DNA from: a virus
Direction: 5' to 3' (one strand)
Virus record (IMG/VR): IMGVR_UViG_3300025127_007327
Span: 1 to 64,000 of that record
DNA length: 64,000 nucleotides
Shown here: positions 48,101 through 59,600 of the stretch, in pieces
How positions within the stretch are numbered: the first letter of the stretch is position 1
Layout: the number at the start of each line of letters is the position of its first letter
Notes under the pieces: model-generated
What the model was told of the DNA's origin: nothing
Seen by the model: only the letters and a program-made list of their open reading frames with translations
Databases searched by the model: none
Made by a program: the position numbers and the translations under genes

Positions 48101-49470
48101 AGTTTAGGGTAGCAATTAACAATGATGATGATGAATTTAAATATGCTGATGAATATATTGGATATTATCACATTCATATCGATGACGATGGCGACGAAAT
48201 TTATATGGCAGGCTCTGTACACAAGGAGGGCGAACCTCATGATGTAATTGTTCCAGTTGCTGATGTTGTCAAGCTTCAAACTGAAAGAATTAATGTAACA
48301 AAAGGTAGTACTGGTGATGATTACGAATCAATTAATGTTGATAGAGAGATGGTTGATATAGGAGATGTTGCAGATTATGGGACCGCTGAATCTACCACTA
48401 TTAATCAACCGTTCAAAATCGAAAAATATACATCTATCAACGGTACAAAATATAGTAATTCAAATGCTGAAAGTCTTATGCGCTCTCAACCAAATCAAAA
48501 TCTTAGAATTTCAGATGTTTTTCCGGGTACACTTAAGTTAATTGAAACTCCCGAAAGTTTAGGTTCTCCATCGCGAGTTGTTGGAATTGAAGGTAACATT
48601 GGTGTTCGACACGGCTTGATTTTTTATTATGATAATAAAGTTATTACCACTGTAGAAGTTGATGCATTAGATTTTAAAATAAGTCAATTTCAAACTGTGC
48701 AAGCGAACAGTAAGTTATTACATTGCTTAGTACAAAATTTGTTAAATGATCCAAAATATAAATTATTGACAAGTTATATTTTCTCATTCAAGAAAGTAAC
48801 ATCTACATTAGCGATTTATAACGATTTAGCGTTTTTAGCATCTGTCGGAGAAGTTACAACTGGGAAGGGAGATTATAATAGAAGAGTAAATGCTAACAAA
48901 AGTGGTAACTCATTTATCCCATGGAATAATCCTTTAAGTATTAATGATCCCGATGATTGGGGAGATAACGCAAAACATGTAAATGTTAAAGCCAAACCGG
49001 GCTCTCGCGCTTATATTTCAACAGAAACCACAACAGAATCTTTTCCAATTACTGACTCCCAAAAAGAGGCTTTAGGTCTTCCTGACTTTTTTGATGATGA
49101 TATAGAACTTGAAAGAGAAGTTTTTATTCCACAAGAATCATTTGTAACTGGAAACGAAGGTTGGACACACGCTAAAGATAGACCTAATTTTACACCATTT
49201 ACACTGCACTGGGACGAGTGGGATAGAGTTTTACTTAGAAACTCTAAGGGAATGATTAAAAGAATGTTTAAAAAGCTATACTACTCCTCTACCTCAAAAC
49301 CGGGTGAGGGCGATGATTTTAACTCAGCTAAAATGACATTAAAAAACCTTAAAACAAGGCTTTTCCCAACTCCCGGTGCTGGTCTCCTACCATGGTATAA
49401 GAGAAGAAAATTACGAGATAACCCTATGGATGCTAACGGAAATATGTGTGATGGACCAGATCTTGGTTAA
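42187..49470 (+). CDS. Very large virion/baseplate protein (2427 aa)
   Basis: Long uninterrupted ORF in the baseplate module; DIDNDGLIDVCD Ca-binding-like N-terminus. Confidence 0.7.
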   Translation: MSESKYLKFQDIDNDGLIDVCDDDLTTPELPCKGPCVPDPNSFIPDWKSQNINKPFLNTKICHYQVTKVTSYNETAPRSIINSGDEAAVEQSLEEKFEEFVDEAISSLLDFNGKVNNRKSREHVRSGIEFKKFDLAARPGSFLKLLYSVPFDFIYYLADAELEATEEEGEDENGPGWENIMFNAEHLSSNMIRVRKALRLYSDMLKVSAQIGEGNAYVFDSNNNPLRIFSLEGYGDRAFVDFGSSGILLEMINDLKTFLISKGKSLPDVGVGGNPFAGAFRERITKIKFGFKNKELRVIRVWTVECGNKPSLYNKKSGSIKLLLLSSAWNDKTAINYFLNLKKMSDALEARVQIPIKDFVETFTYVPDGVVKIKFVPNYELTNSACLLKTLSDGASEFGQDLLDDVFGLGELIQYIYHESLCRNTNEEVLKDKEKLGVGTATAPPDPKGKGIKPDMGALSKETQMIIASKLAALQKQKQFDADDDAIVRGCLAITNSARKSFTSAAGGLLGADLPFTDITSAAGGAATLPGTEGLWKEFLQSLKICGLLDLIVDSVGCLFQGLSLDDALPVIVRNALNALGIERMGDLFVGLPPDKQVQLEALVKKKLEDRGEIYPGKPWENKAYLDAAASIQDTSSSKPYDANKPPTPKEVDEEINKAQGGTILPELASTSSNKANSDSVMSVYIEALIEVYSDNLIEIVNELNKFPGAQLIKHVLASVTCPRPPLFNPGFGDFIKSLDLDFCRKVDEIVLPDGPSGVISELKLMWGDLKFALVNTASIILGLLIVILVERIFSKLCSLASSAVCAALETTGELLAALPGAIAGKTSLSDVFREAICGPDASDEQVDAAIIDLMAIVGLGPTAFANPDRTKAFANDLSISLSRKEFGDLLLGEASEEALEIAEQLIEFVYPEFGDALTNKNAIGRFFKAIGNFLPLDYREILNEASNNSAGEFGTANIPANPSICASPQQIIDFKNLRAEILSGRVSEAQAEKLYCDLRDDTLQDLEDLAELGEDPEEYFRKNLPPLTGEPGCSDGLFPFETPEMALVNKGLVVSSLRALEKEYIQDMFGTGFTFMGSGDKNFGFLNMILCDTQGNPLSNHHRKAYNRARYVNFATNLPNGGEAKTGILAIFQRDKDFGRQRGQYPYYVGEWLRRQYLNAAEVDGILTPGFAEISDGGKDLQKHLVFSSTNMAIGSKKYKVDAEEMGYDNLFGKQGRSTFTLPSFGYNTEIGDFSRELNALGSVVAAPVSVVTSAVTFGLADSPVERTIEIIRLPRKGDPDNKRAVGPNVARNTNGADIVLSFKDNAMGTRRRIVGIPIQNYDAFGRLVEYEGNEWAYGFEVQCYYSDIETVPNTPPDEERFRNRPDDNMRVQIVEKLNLGSDRKYASPIAKDFFSDEVVPTPAFDLPNWIEDIPIVGWVTEKTIQLIMYPFTWITKQAISAIKWATSEKIYRSRGMEFLSIDDTLDVFAPDPRESNTDSNKVKSLDINDYSQYLTTTQYHRPLPPQVYLLADMLGETASAEIKVRYDSIMTQAYKDFCKIIGENQNGWLYGANYDFLTQDDLDYGFDDDGTFVSYDDFLIPDGDGGMRELEDEDMRLGISFNEFRLGKENARVLYLDPTVFGGSYSSPALYIKPKRFDGWWGFVQAFFPDETGCKPSNKNMIDFDELEKFVSDNYANFPDDERLYDDFECVRQVPFDRILPRTAKMSVFVLILAAVRIYVSTHVMKTIGTFSAIKPDFTKNFSSAYSGYIVETMEQDFKDAQGPFWEAFNTFKDEEFWYGFLEQSVEAYNFLVESGALPMPKPGGYIQDAIDEINTLQKRFAFAYRPDTTHTYINDVGNETEQRVPGLWRSKLTGDAGFFETLKGYRERKNFEGVKEVESSAKIILQQIVNFELAKMSEKLVNNMYNVGFNPQIHNMDYWILKNKCAGSSLDYASSKVVETSVQVPTRLNPDPLGIGATFPGPYFTNGGQFRVAINNDDDEFKYADEYIGYYHIHIDDDGDEIYMAGSVHKEGEPHDVIVPVADVVKLQTERINVTKGSTGDDYESINVDREMVDIGDVADYGTAESTTINQPFKIEKYTSINGTKYSNSNAESLMRSQPNQNLRISDVFPGTLKLIETPESLGSPSRVVGIEGNIGVRHGLIFYYDNKVITTVEVDALDFKISQFQTVQANSKLLHCLVQNLLNDPKYKLLTSYIFSFKKVTSTLAIYNDLAFLASVGEVTTGKGDYNRRVNANKSGNSFIPWNNPLSINDPDDWGDNAKHVNVKAKPGSRAYISTETTTESFPITDSQKEALGLPDFFDDDIELEREVFIPQESFVTGNEGWTHAKDRPNFTPFTLHWDEWDRVLLRNSKGMIKRMFKKLYYSSTSKPGEGDDFNSAKMTLKNLKTRLFPTPGAGLLPWYKRRKLRDNPMDANGNMCDGPDLG

Positions 49471-49506
49471 TAATAAAATTATTACGTACATATTTACTAA
49501 AAGATT

Positions 49507-49875
49507 ATGTCTAGTTTAAACGTTAAATTGCCAATTACCAGAAACGATGTTGATGGTTTCACAATGATCAAAGATTTAAAATCACTCTTAAATCAAAATT
49601 TAAAAATGATTATTTTAACCAATCCCGGTGAAAGAGTTATGGATCCAAACTTTGGAGTTGGAATTAATGCATATTTATTTGAAAATTTTAATAACTCGAT
49701 TTACACCGATATCCGAAATAGAATTTTAGAACAAGTATCAGTATATTTACCTGTTATCACAATTGATTCAATTACTTTTGATGGAAGCAACGAAGAACAA
49801 AATCTTTTAGGTATTTCAATTTCATATTCAATACCTAGCATTGGTGTAAAAGATTTATTAGAATTCACTATTTAA
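49507..49875 (+). CDS. Baseplate wedge protein, gp25/GPW-like
   Basis: QNLKMIILTNPGERVMDPNFGVGI..YLFE. Confidence 0.92.
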   Translation: MSSLNVKLPITRNDVDGFTMIKDLKSLLNQNLKMIILTNPGERVMDPNFGVGINAYLFENFNNSIYTDIRNRILEQVSVYLPVITIDSITFDGSNEEQNLLGISISYSIPSIGVKDLLEFTI

Positions 49876-49890
49876 TGAAGAGGGATATAA

Positions 49891-51684
49891 ATGAGCGATA
49901 ATCAAAAGAAAATAATTCCAATTAATTATACAAATCGAGACTTTACATCAATAAAGAAAGATTTATTAGATATCGCTGAAAGACTTTACCCGGATTCATT
50001 TCAAGATTTTAGTGATGCAGCTTTTTCATCACTCATGTTAGATGCAGTAGCGTATGTTGGTGATCAACTTTCATTTTACTTAGACTACAATGTTAATGAA
50101 TCATTTTTAGATACATCATATCAATATAACAATATTCTTAGACATGGTAAAAGTTTAGGATTCAAATTTACCGGCCGACCTTCAACCTATGGAAAAGCAG
50201 CCATTTACATTAGATTACCCGCAACAGGAGTTGGACTTGGAATTAATAGAAATTACGCGCCGATTCTTAAAGCTGGGACACAATTTAAAAGTTCCACGGG
50301 CTTAAATTTTACATTGGTAGATAATATAGACTTTTCAGACAACAGATTACCCGTTGTGCCCGTTGCAACTAATGCTAATGGGTCACCTACCTTCTACGGT
50401 GTTAAAGCTTACGGAACCGTTGTTTCTGGTCTTTTATTAACTGAAACAGTAAATGTTGGAAATTTTCAAAAATTCGCTAGAATTTCACTAAGTTCACAAA
50501 ATGTGTCTGAAATTATTTCGGTTTTTGATAGTGACGGTAACGAATATTTTGAAGTGGATTATTTAGCACAAGATATTGTTTATCGAGAAATTTCTAACAC
50601 TAATTTTAAAAATGATAATGTGCCTTCAATTATAAAGCCGCACTTAGTTACTAGAAAGTTTACAGTAGAAACAAACAACAATAATACTATTTTACAATTT
50701 GGTAGTGGTAAAGCATCGGACACCAACATTGTAGCGGACCCTCAATCAGTTGCCATAAATGTTCACGGAAAAACATATACTACCAGTAGGTCATTTGACC
50801 CAACGAGGCTTAGTCAAAATGAGTCACTTGGTATTGTACCAGAAAATACTACGTTAACAGTCACATTAAGAGCAACTAATCCCGGTAGTTCTAACCTTTC
50901 TGTAGGTCAATTAAATCAAGCAACGAACGTATTGTTAGATTTTACTGATAGAACTGTTTTGTCTGATTCAGTTATAGACGGTATTAGAACATCAGTTGAA
51001 GTTAATAATGAGCAACCAATTACCGGTGATGTTTCAAATGCTACATCAGACGAAATTAAACAAAGAATATTTGATACTTTTCCAACTCAGAATAGAGCAG
51101 TTACACAGGCTGATTATGAAAATTTAGCATATCGCATGCATTCTAAGTTTGGCTCTGTTAAAAGAGTATCAGTGCAAAGAGATCCCGATTCTCAAAAAAG
51201 AAATTTGAACATGTACGTCATTTCTGAGGATAGTTTTGGAAAATTACAAAAAACAAACTCAACAATTAAAAGAAATTTAAAAATTTGGTTAAATGAGTAT
51301 AGAATGATTAATGATACTATTGATATTCTTGACCCTTATATTTTGAATTTTGGTATTGAATTTAGTATTAAAACAACTCCGGGTGCAGATAAAAGAACAA
51401 CTATTTCTAGATGTGTTGCAGCACTTGCTCAAAAATTTAACAACAATTACTATATTGGTGAATCAATTGTGATATCTGATATTTATTCTACACTTAATGC
51501 TACAACAGGCGTCCAAGATGTGATCAAAGCTAGAGTTGTCAATAAAACAGGAACAAGTTATTCCAGTTCAACAATTGATATTAACAGTAATTTATCTCCT
51601 GATGGAAACCAACTTATGATTCCTAAAAACGCAATCGTAGAATTTAAGTTTCCAGAGACAGACTTTGTGGGAAAGGCTAAATAA
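49891..51684 (+). CDS. Baseplate wedge subunit, T4 gp6/baseplate J-like
   Basis: NYTNRDF, LDAVAYVGD.LSFYLD, LQFGSG, QNRAVTQADY. Confidence 0.9.
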   Translation: MSDNQKKIIPINYTNRDFTSIKKDLLDIAERLYPDSFQDFSDAAFSSLMLDAVAYVGDQLSFYLDYNVNESFLDTSYQYNNILRHGKSLGFKFTGRPSTYGKAAIYIRLPATGVGLGINRNYAPILKAGTQFKSSTGLNFTLVDNIDFSDNRLPVVPVATNANGSPTFYGVKAYGTVVSGLLLTETVNVGNFQKFARISLSSQNVSEIISVFDSDGNEYFEVDYLAQDIVYREISNTNFKNDNVPSIIKPHLVTRKFTVETNNNNTILQFGSGKASDTNIVADPQSVAINVHGKTYTTSRSFDPTRLSQNESLGIVPENTTLTVTLRATNPGSSNLSVGQLNQATNVLLDFTDRTVLSDSVIDGIRTSVEVNNEQPITGDVSNATSDEIKQRIFDTFPTQNRAVTQADYENLAYRMHSKFGSVKRVSVQRDPDSQKRNLNMYVISEDSFGKLQKTNSTIKRNLKIWLNEYRMINDTIDILDPYILNFGIEFSIKTTPGADKRTTISRCVAALAQKFNNNYYIGESIVISDIYSTLNATTGVQDVIKARVVNKTGTSYSSSTIDINSNLSPDGNQLMIPKNAIVEFKFPETDFVGKAK

Positions 51685-53633
51685 TGATTAAAAATTATAC
51701 CGCATCTGCAGATAATACAATTGTAAGTGCGTTTAAAGTAAATTTACAAACTCGTGGTACTGGCTCTAATACTGGTCAAGCTGACGTTTTAGAGGTTTTT
51801 TCGATTTACGGTCGCCAAACCACTTCGTCACAAGAGCTTGCAAGAACACTGATACAATTTCCAATTGATCAAATTTCTAATGATCGAACCGCTGGTAGAA
51901 TCCCTGCAAGTGGTAGCGTTAATTTTGTTTTAAATCTTTATAATGCAGAAACATCGAAAACTGTTCCAAGAAATATGATCTTAGTTGTTAATCCTCTTTA
52001 CAATAGTTGGCAGGAAGGAACTGGTCTTGATCTCGAAGGGTATAGAGACGAAACCAAGGGCGCTGAAGGCAGTAACTGGATGGTTAGAGCCAATACTCCC
52101 GGTGTTGCTGAAAAAACAAAATTCACTTTTACATCAGATACAAAAACAGAATACGGTGCTGGCTCTGGAGCTAACTATATAAAGCTCTATAACGGCACCA
52201 CAAGATATAATATTTGGTTTAACGATGGCTCTGGCGACACCGCACCGGTTGCAGATGGGACAGAAGTTCAAGTAAGTCTTGCTGCTGGTTCTGATGATAC
52301 TGCTGCTGAGTTTGCAGAAAAATTTAAGGTTGCTGTAGATGGTCTCTCTGATTTCAGTGCGACTCGCGACGGTGCTGCTGTTACGGTGACAGCTACTGCT
52401 CTTGGTCCAACGTTAAATGCTGAAAAAGTGGGCACTATAAGCCCTATAACAATTGAGGTTACTCAAAATGGCACAAAAGAAACTCCATGGCACTCAGTCT
52501 CTGGCGGTGGCGATTTCTTATCTAGTTCCACCACGCCGGCAATATATGCAGACTATCATTACACACAGCTTTTTGAGTCTGGTTTGGAAGATTTGGAAAT
52601 TGATATTACCGCTTTGGTAGAAAGATGGATTGAAGGCGCCGGTGGTGGTGGTGATGCAGGTGGCATTGCCAACTATGGAATGGGAATTAAGTTAACTTCT
52701 AGTCAAGAAGCTTTCGGGGTTGCCCAATTGGTTCATGCTTCATCAGATAAACCAACACAAAACATACGTGATGGCGCCACAACATCTTTTTATACGAAAA
52801 GATTTTTCTCTCGCGGGACGCAATATTTCTTTAAGAGACCTTTAATTCAAGCAAAATGGGACTCAAGGCGTTTTGATCATAGGGGTCAATTCTTTATTAG
52901 TAGCTCACTGGCTAAATCTGAAAACATTAATGATTTATATTTTTACAACTATGTTAGAGGAAGATTAAGAAGTATTAATTCCAGTGATTCAGTAACAGTT
53001 TCTATTTACTCTAGCTCGGCTGGAGAGCCAGCCGGTGCAACTTTAAAAATTAAAAACATTAATAATAATCTACAGTATGCAGTCTCTGCTAATGAAGTTT
53101 CCACTGGTGTCTATAAAGCTAGATTACAAGTTACTAGCTCGCTCACAAACTTACATGATGTTTGGAGTTTAGGTAGCCAGCAAATATTTACCGGCTCAAT
53201 TACATCGGTTCCTATGGGAAGCACAACACATCCAAGAGAGCCTGTTTACTTTACTAATATTACTAATTTACAAAATTCTTATGCGCCTACACAAACAGCA
53301 AGATTTAATTTATATGTTAGAGAAAAAAACTGGAACCCAACAATTTTTACAAAAGCAAGAGCAAGTGCCCCTACTTTATCAATTGCAACAGCATCTTATC
53401 GTGTTATTAGAACGTTTGATGATTTAGAAGTAGTGGGACACGACACAGGCTCTGGCTTGCTTTCCACAGGTCTTTCTTTCGATGTATCAGGCAACTATTT
53501 TGACTTTGATATGAGATTATTGCAGCCCGGTTATGAATATGCGTTTAAGTTAGCTTTTTATGATGATGAATTAAATTCATGGCAAGAACAAAAAAGAGAA
53601 TTTAAATTCAGAGTAAGTGATTATGAGTATTAA
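51684..53633 (+). CDS. Virion structural (baseplate-associated) protein
   Basis: Follows gp6-like; ADNTI, WQEGTG, NYGMGIK; beta-rich. Confidence 0.65.
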   Translation: MIKNYTASADNTIVSAFKVNLQTRGTGSNTGQADVLEVFSIYGRQTTSSQELARTLIQFPIDQISNDRTAGRIPASGSVNFVLNLYNAETSKTVPRNMILVVNPLYNSWQEGTGLDLEGYRDETKGAEGSNWMVRANTPGVAEKTKFTFTSDTKTEYGAGSGANYIKLYNGTTRYNIWFNDGSGDTAPVADGTEVQVSLAAGSDDTAAEFAEKFKVAVDGLSDFSATRDGAAVTVTATALGPTLNAEKVGTISPITIEVTQNGTKETPWHSVSGGGDFLSSSTTPAIYADYHYTQLFESGLEDLEIDITALVERWIEGAGGGGDAGGIANYGMGIKLTSSQEAFGVAQLVHASSDKPTQNIRDGATTSFYTKRFFSRGTQYFFKRPLIQAKWDSRRFDHRGQFFISSSLAKSENINDLYFYNYVRGRLRSINSSDSVTVSIYSSSAGEPAGATLKIKNINNNLQYAVSANEVSTGVYKARLQVTSSLTNLHDVWSLGSQQIFTGSITSVPMGSTTHPREPVYFTNITNLQNSYAPTQTARFNLYVREKNWNPTIFTKARASAPTLSIATASYRVIRTFDDLEVVGHDTGSGLLSTGLSFDVSGNYFDFDMRLLQPGYEYAFKLAFYDDELNSWQEQKREFKFRVSDYEY

Positions 53634-56600
53634 GAAACTTTTTGAATCTACCAATAAAGTAGATAAATTTATTTCAGACACAAATAGTAAAGATGCTTTC
53701 AATTCAGAAGCTGAATCTCAATTTAATATTGAGCAAAAGACAATTGATCAAGAGCGTTATGTACCACAAGTAGACTATTCACAGCCTGAAAATTTTGCTA
53801 AATATGGCTCTGCTCGATTGTATTATAAATCGGCGCTTACAAGAATATCTGAATTTTATCCTTATGATGGCTCAGAGGGCGAGACTAACGAGTTTTTAAA
53901 CGGATGTTTAGACATTGAAAGATATATCTTAGATAATCTTTACCCAAGAACAAACGGGTATATTATCTTAAACAATGCAGGTCACACAACTAAAGTTATG
54001 CAAAATGGCTTTGGTTTCCCTAATAGCAATGAACATATTGATTTAAAAGGTGGACCCGGAGTTGGAAGGGTAACATCTGGTAAGCTTAGAGATTTATTAC
54101 CAAATCCTAAAAATAGTAGTTATGATTACTCAAACATCTATGATGAAAATATTTATCAAACTGCAGGTTTGCCTTCTGATTATGGACAAGGCACAAGAAC
54201 GTCAAATTTAAGAAGTGATTTTAGTGATGGTGTTACGTTAGAGTTTTGGCTTAAAACAGGTTCAATTGACCCACTTATAACACAAAGACAAGTAGTATTT
54301 GATTTATGGAACAACGAGCATTCTTCAAGTGATAATTACGGCCGATTAACTTTAGAAGTTACTGGTGCTAACCACGCCCAGCCTTCAACATTCCGCCTTA
54401 GTATTGCTTCTGGTTCAACAGTTATAAATTCTTTGCCTCTTGGTGATTTTGCTGTCAGCCAGCTTGGTGATTGGGCACATTATGCAGTCGTTTTATCTGC
54501 ACAGAGCGCGTCTTTATATATTAATGGTCAAAGAAATAGTATCGCAACTTATGGTACCGCGACAGCCACAATTACCACTACTGGCGGTCCTCTTAATAAT
54601 GAAACCTTTACTCTTACAGATGCTGCAGGACTTTCAGTAGGTTTTATATTTAAGCACAGTGTCGCAACTGTGGATGGCTCCAAAGATGGAGATAATGTGA
54701 TTATTGGTGTTGATGGTGCTTTAGGTAGCGCTGCAGCAGTAGGAGAGAGAATTAGAGACGCTATCAACGCGTCCAGTCTTGCAATGGTTGCAGTTGAAAA
54801 AACTGGTCCTCTACGAATAGAACTTACACAAAATGGTATTGGAGCTTCTGGTAATACAACTGTTGACATGTCTGGTGTTACTACTGTTACCGCAACTGAT
54901 TTTACCGGTGGAAAAACACTTGGCGCTCTGTACGAGCCCAACACGATCGGTCGAATTGGGGCGCTTGTAACAAACTCAATTCCAGCATCTTCTGGCGCAG
55001 AAAGAACTGGCTCAGCCGGCAGCGGTAGATTATCAGGCTCACTGGATGAGTTTAGATTCTGGAAAACTGCGCGAGATGGAAAACAAATTGGTGAAAACTG
55101 GTTTACTCAAGTTCGTGGTGGCTCTAATAGTGATATATCAAACACCACTTTGGGTGTTTACTATAAGTTCAACGAAGGTATTACAGGTGTTAATACCACT
55201 GATAATGTGGTGCTTGACTACGCCGGCCGTGTTACAAATGGCACATGGACTGGCTATAATGCAGGAGCAAGAAATACTGGCTCTGCAATTGTCTCTGCCT
55301 CAGCAGCAACAGCAGAATTTTTAGATCCAATTATTAGAACTAACCATCCAAGTTATGTAAGTCTAAATACTGAACTTCTTTCTACCGGTTCTTATCACGA
55401 TGGTAAAAACACAAATAAATTATTAAATCTTCTGCCATCTTGGATACTTCAAGAAAATGATGAAGATGAAAATTTTGATTTAAATTATATTACTCATATT
55501 ATGGGTACGTATTTTGATAAGTTATATTTACAAATTTCTGATTTACCAAACTTAAGGCACCAAACACACACTAGCGGGACATTTAAGCCGATATCTTTTG
55601 CAGAGCACCTTCCACAATCTCTTGGATTATACAGTCCCGAAATTTTTATTGATTCCACTGTGTTAGAAAGATTTATGAATCGTAGTGCAGATGGTGTATT
55701 TGAAAATGAATTAGAAGAAGCTAAGAATTTAATTTATCAAAATCTTTATAACAACTTAGCAGAAATTTATAAAGCAAAAGGCACCGAACAGTCTATAAGA
55801 AATGTTCTTAAGTGCTTTAACATAAACGAAAATATTCTATCATTAAAAGTTAACTCAAATAATTCAGAATTTATTTTAAGAAATAATCTGGAACAAAAAC
55901 TGTTGAGAAAAAATTGCGCTAATTTTAACACAACAGATAACTCTACTGCCGTAATTTATTCAAGAAAGCAAGACTCGGCTATTTTTAAAGGCGCTTCTTC
56001 GGAAATTTTGGGTTCTATAACGGGTAGTACAAGACAATATGGCTATGGTTTTACTTATGAAGGTAATGTAATTTTCCCCAATTTTGAACCCAGTGTTTTA
56101 TCAAGTGTAACGCTAAGAGATTCTGGAGAAGTATCTTTATTTGGAACAGTCACGCCGCTTGACACAACTGCTGGGATAAACGGAACGGATACAACAGCCA
56201 TAAACGCTACACTCGATTTTGGAAACTTTAAATTTTTTGCAGTTAGAGACAATCTTAAATCAACCAATGCTTACTTTAAGCTAGTTGTAGCAAATCCTAC
56301 AGGCGCCGATATAGTTTTAACAAGCTCAGTTTATAATGATATTTATAATGATGAGCCTTGGAATTTATCTGTTCGTGTACGACCAAAAAATTATCCATTA
56401 AGTTCTTTTGTTGACTCGACGACACACGAAGGCTACGATGTTATATTTACCGGCTTCAATCCAAAAACAACAGACTTGTTTAATTCGTTTATTTTGTCTG
56501 CTTCAGTAGACGAGACTCTCGGTAAAAAGTATATTGAATCTAGAAAAAGAGCCTATGTTGGCGCTAACAGAGAAAATGTAACAGGTCCAGTTATTAATAA

Positions 56601-59600
56601 AAGTGATGTTTTAGTTTCATCTGTTGCATACTGGCTTAAGTCATTAGATGACACAGACCTTCAGCAGCATTCAGTTGATTTAGAAAATATAGGTCTTTCA
56701 GGTTCTTTTAGAAGCTTATCTGCACTTGACACCACAGATAGTAGTGTTGAAGTTTTAGGTAGAGATACATTAGCATTCAATTGGAATTTTAGAAACGTTG
56801 ATAGCTCTGATAGTTCTGGTAATTTTGTTGTTGAAGATTTTAGCTCTGGTTCTACTGACGTAATAAACAAGTTTGGTTGGGCTGGAGGAATATCTGGTTA
56901 TTACTACACTGGTTATGGATTTGGTTTTGCTAATTCATCAACATCAGTTGTAAATAGGCAATCTGTAAACACTTATAAATTTATTGATCCAGAGAGACCC
57001 ATTTCTTCTGATATGGTTCAGATTTTTAGTGATTCTGATGATTTAACTCCGAATTTAAGAAAAGAAGAAATAATTCCCAACTATGTTTATGCTTTAGAAA
57101 AAAGTGTATATGGTGCTATTTCTGAAGAAATGCTGGATTTCTTTGCGGGTGTGGTTGATTTTAGATCAGTAATTGGTGCACCAGTTAACTACTATAGACA
57201 CAGATATAAAGAAATGGAAAAACTTAGACAAACGTTCTTCCAAAGAGTATCTGAAGTTTCAACGGTTGAAAAGTATACAGAATATTATAAATGGTTTGAT
57301 GATGCACTAACAACAATTATATCACAATTGATACCTGCTTCCGGTGAATATATTAATGATGTTCAGAATGTTATTGAAAGTCACGTACTTGAAAGAAATA
57401 AATATCAAAATCGTTTGAATATAATCGATTCTAATACATTACCAGAATTTGAATCTGCCACTGATTCTGGTGATCCGGGCGGCGATCTTTACGTAGAAGC
57501 ATCATCGCCGCTTGAATCCTCTCCAAGACCAACAAATAGGCATCCAGTGTTTTGGCAAAAAAGAGCCGACAGGAGATCTTTAGAAATAAGAACTGGCACC
57601 TCATCTGCACAAGTTGCTATTGATACACAGAGAAATAAATTTAGAGACGTTATCTATTCTAACCCAGTACCATCATCGTCATTTAAAAAGCCGTTACTTG
57701 TTACATCAGGTGGCACAAAGTATAGATTAAATAATTTTAATAAAAGAACTCGATTACAAAAATTTAAATTTGATATTAATGTTGACGATGGTTTTTCTGG
57801 TAGACAAAGAGACAAAGGTGTTTCTCCTAGAGTAGTCAAAGCAGGTACTAATTTTGAAGAGATTAAGAGCTTTGATTACTTTAGATCGGCAGTTACTCCC
57901 GGCGGACCAATTAATTCCGAGGGTGGCAAGCTTGTTCCTGTAAACGTTTTATTGGGACTTGTTCAAGATTCAGTTGATTTACCTTATGTGATTGATCCAC
58001 ACAGACCGGCCGATGCAATTGTAAAAAGAAAGAAAGTTTTTAAAGTACAGCATGGTCGTGATTACGAGGATGGAATTGGATTTAAGAACGTAAAATCTTC
58101 ATTAGGTTTCCCATTTAATGTTATTAGTTCCAGCGTTGAGGTTAACTCTGGTTACAATTCAGAAGTTGTGTCTAGGGTAGGTAACTACTTGATGATCACA
58201 AACGTCCACAACGACGTTTATGGAGATAATTTTGAAGTACCCATGCAAGGTGCTTTTACTCGCGACGTTGTTGGTGGATTGCAGTATAGACATATTAGAG
58301 TAAATACAGGTAGCGATCAGCAAGATACAAGACCAGAGGGCTTTAGAATTCACCTTGGTACATGTCCTCCTTCAACTGAAGGAGCGATTGGTATTGTTGG
58401 TCCTGATTATCCGCCGCCAAATTACAATCTTCCTGCGGGCTCAAGCACGAGACCTTATCCGTATCCACATACACCAAAAGCACATCTTTATCGTGATTTA
58501 ACAGCCAAGAGGCCAGTTAACATTAAAAATATTGTAAATAATGATGGCAATGTAACTGTGCCCGGTAACTTTAAAGAAAATTATCAGGTTATTCATTCTG
58601 TTGGCTCATTTAATAATCCTAGAGCTTTTATTGACAGCCAACCAACACTGCCATCACAATTATCAGATGTGAAATTTACAACAAATGTTAGAACACTTTT
58701 AGGAATTAAAAGAACAAACGATGCTCATACTGCTTTAGTTGATGAATATAGCACTTCATATCTTACTGGAACAACAAATAAATCAATTATTGTTTCTAGA
58801 TTTAGCGCTCCCGGTGGTATTGAGGTAATGTCAAAAGGATATTTAGATTTTAAATCATCTGAATTAAGTCCATATAATTCCATACCATATCGCAATTTAA
58901 CTGTTGTTAGACCATCACAGGGACCGAGTGGTACAATTTCTACCGCAGCTACCAATGGTGATACAACTGATATTCAAGTTTTCGACATACATGGTAGAGA
59001 TTATGGTTTAAGATCTCATCTTTCTAGACATGCGAATAGATTTGGTAGAGATTCGTTATTTGTAACGAATCCCGGTGATACGTATACTGAGCTTCCTAAC
59101 TTTCACAAGATCAATAGAAATAATTTACAAAGAATTCAAATAGCTGGTTATAACAACCAATTTGTAGATTTCTATGGTACAAGCTCTGTTAAAAACAATT
59201 ACTTTGTACAACATCAGATTCCAAGATCTGACAGACAATATATGTGGCTTTCTAATTCTGTTCAAGATGTATCAGATATTAAATATTCAGGTTTCCAAAA
59301 AATCTTTAATGAACAATTAATGCCCTATAGAACATCTTCAAGTGGTCTTGAGTTTTATTGGACATTTGTGCAAATTGCAGACTCTAGAATTAATGGACTT
59401 TCACAGTCTACAAATGGCTTAAATATTCTGATCAACGATCCGATTACAGAGTCAGAGAATACACTTGGTTATACATCTGATACAGATGTTAGCAACTATA
59501 TGAACGCAGGTTTCTTTGCTAATCCCGCCGCGAGGAAAGCTGCTAGCACAAATTACTTAAATCAGCTTTTAACAAGCCGAGGAGCCACTTATGGCTGGGG

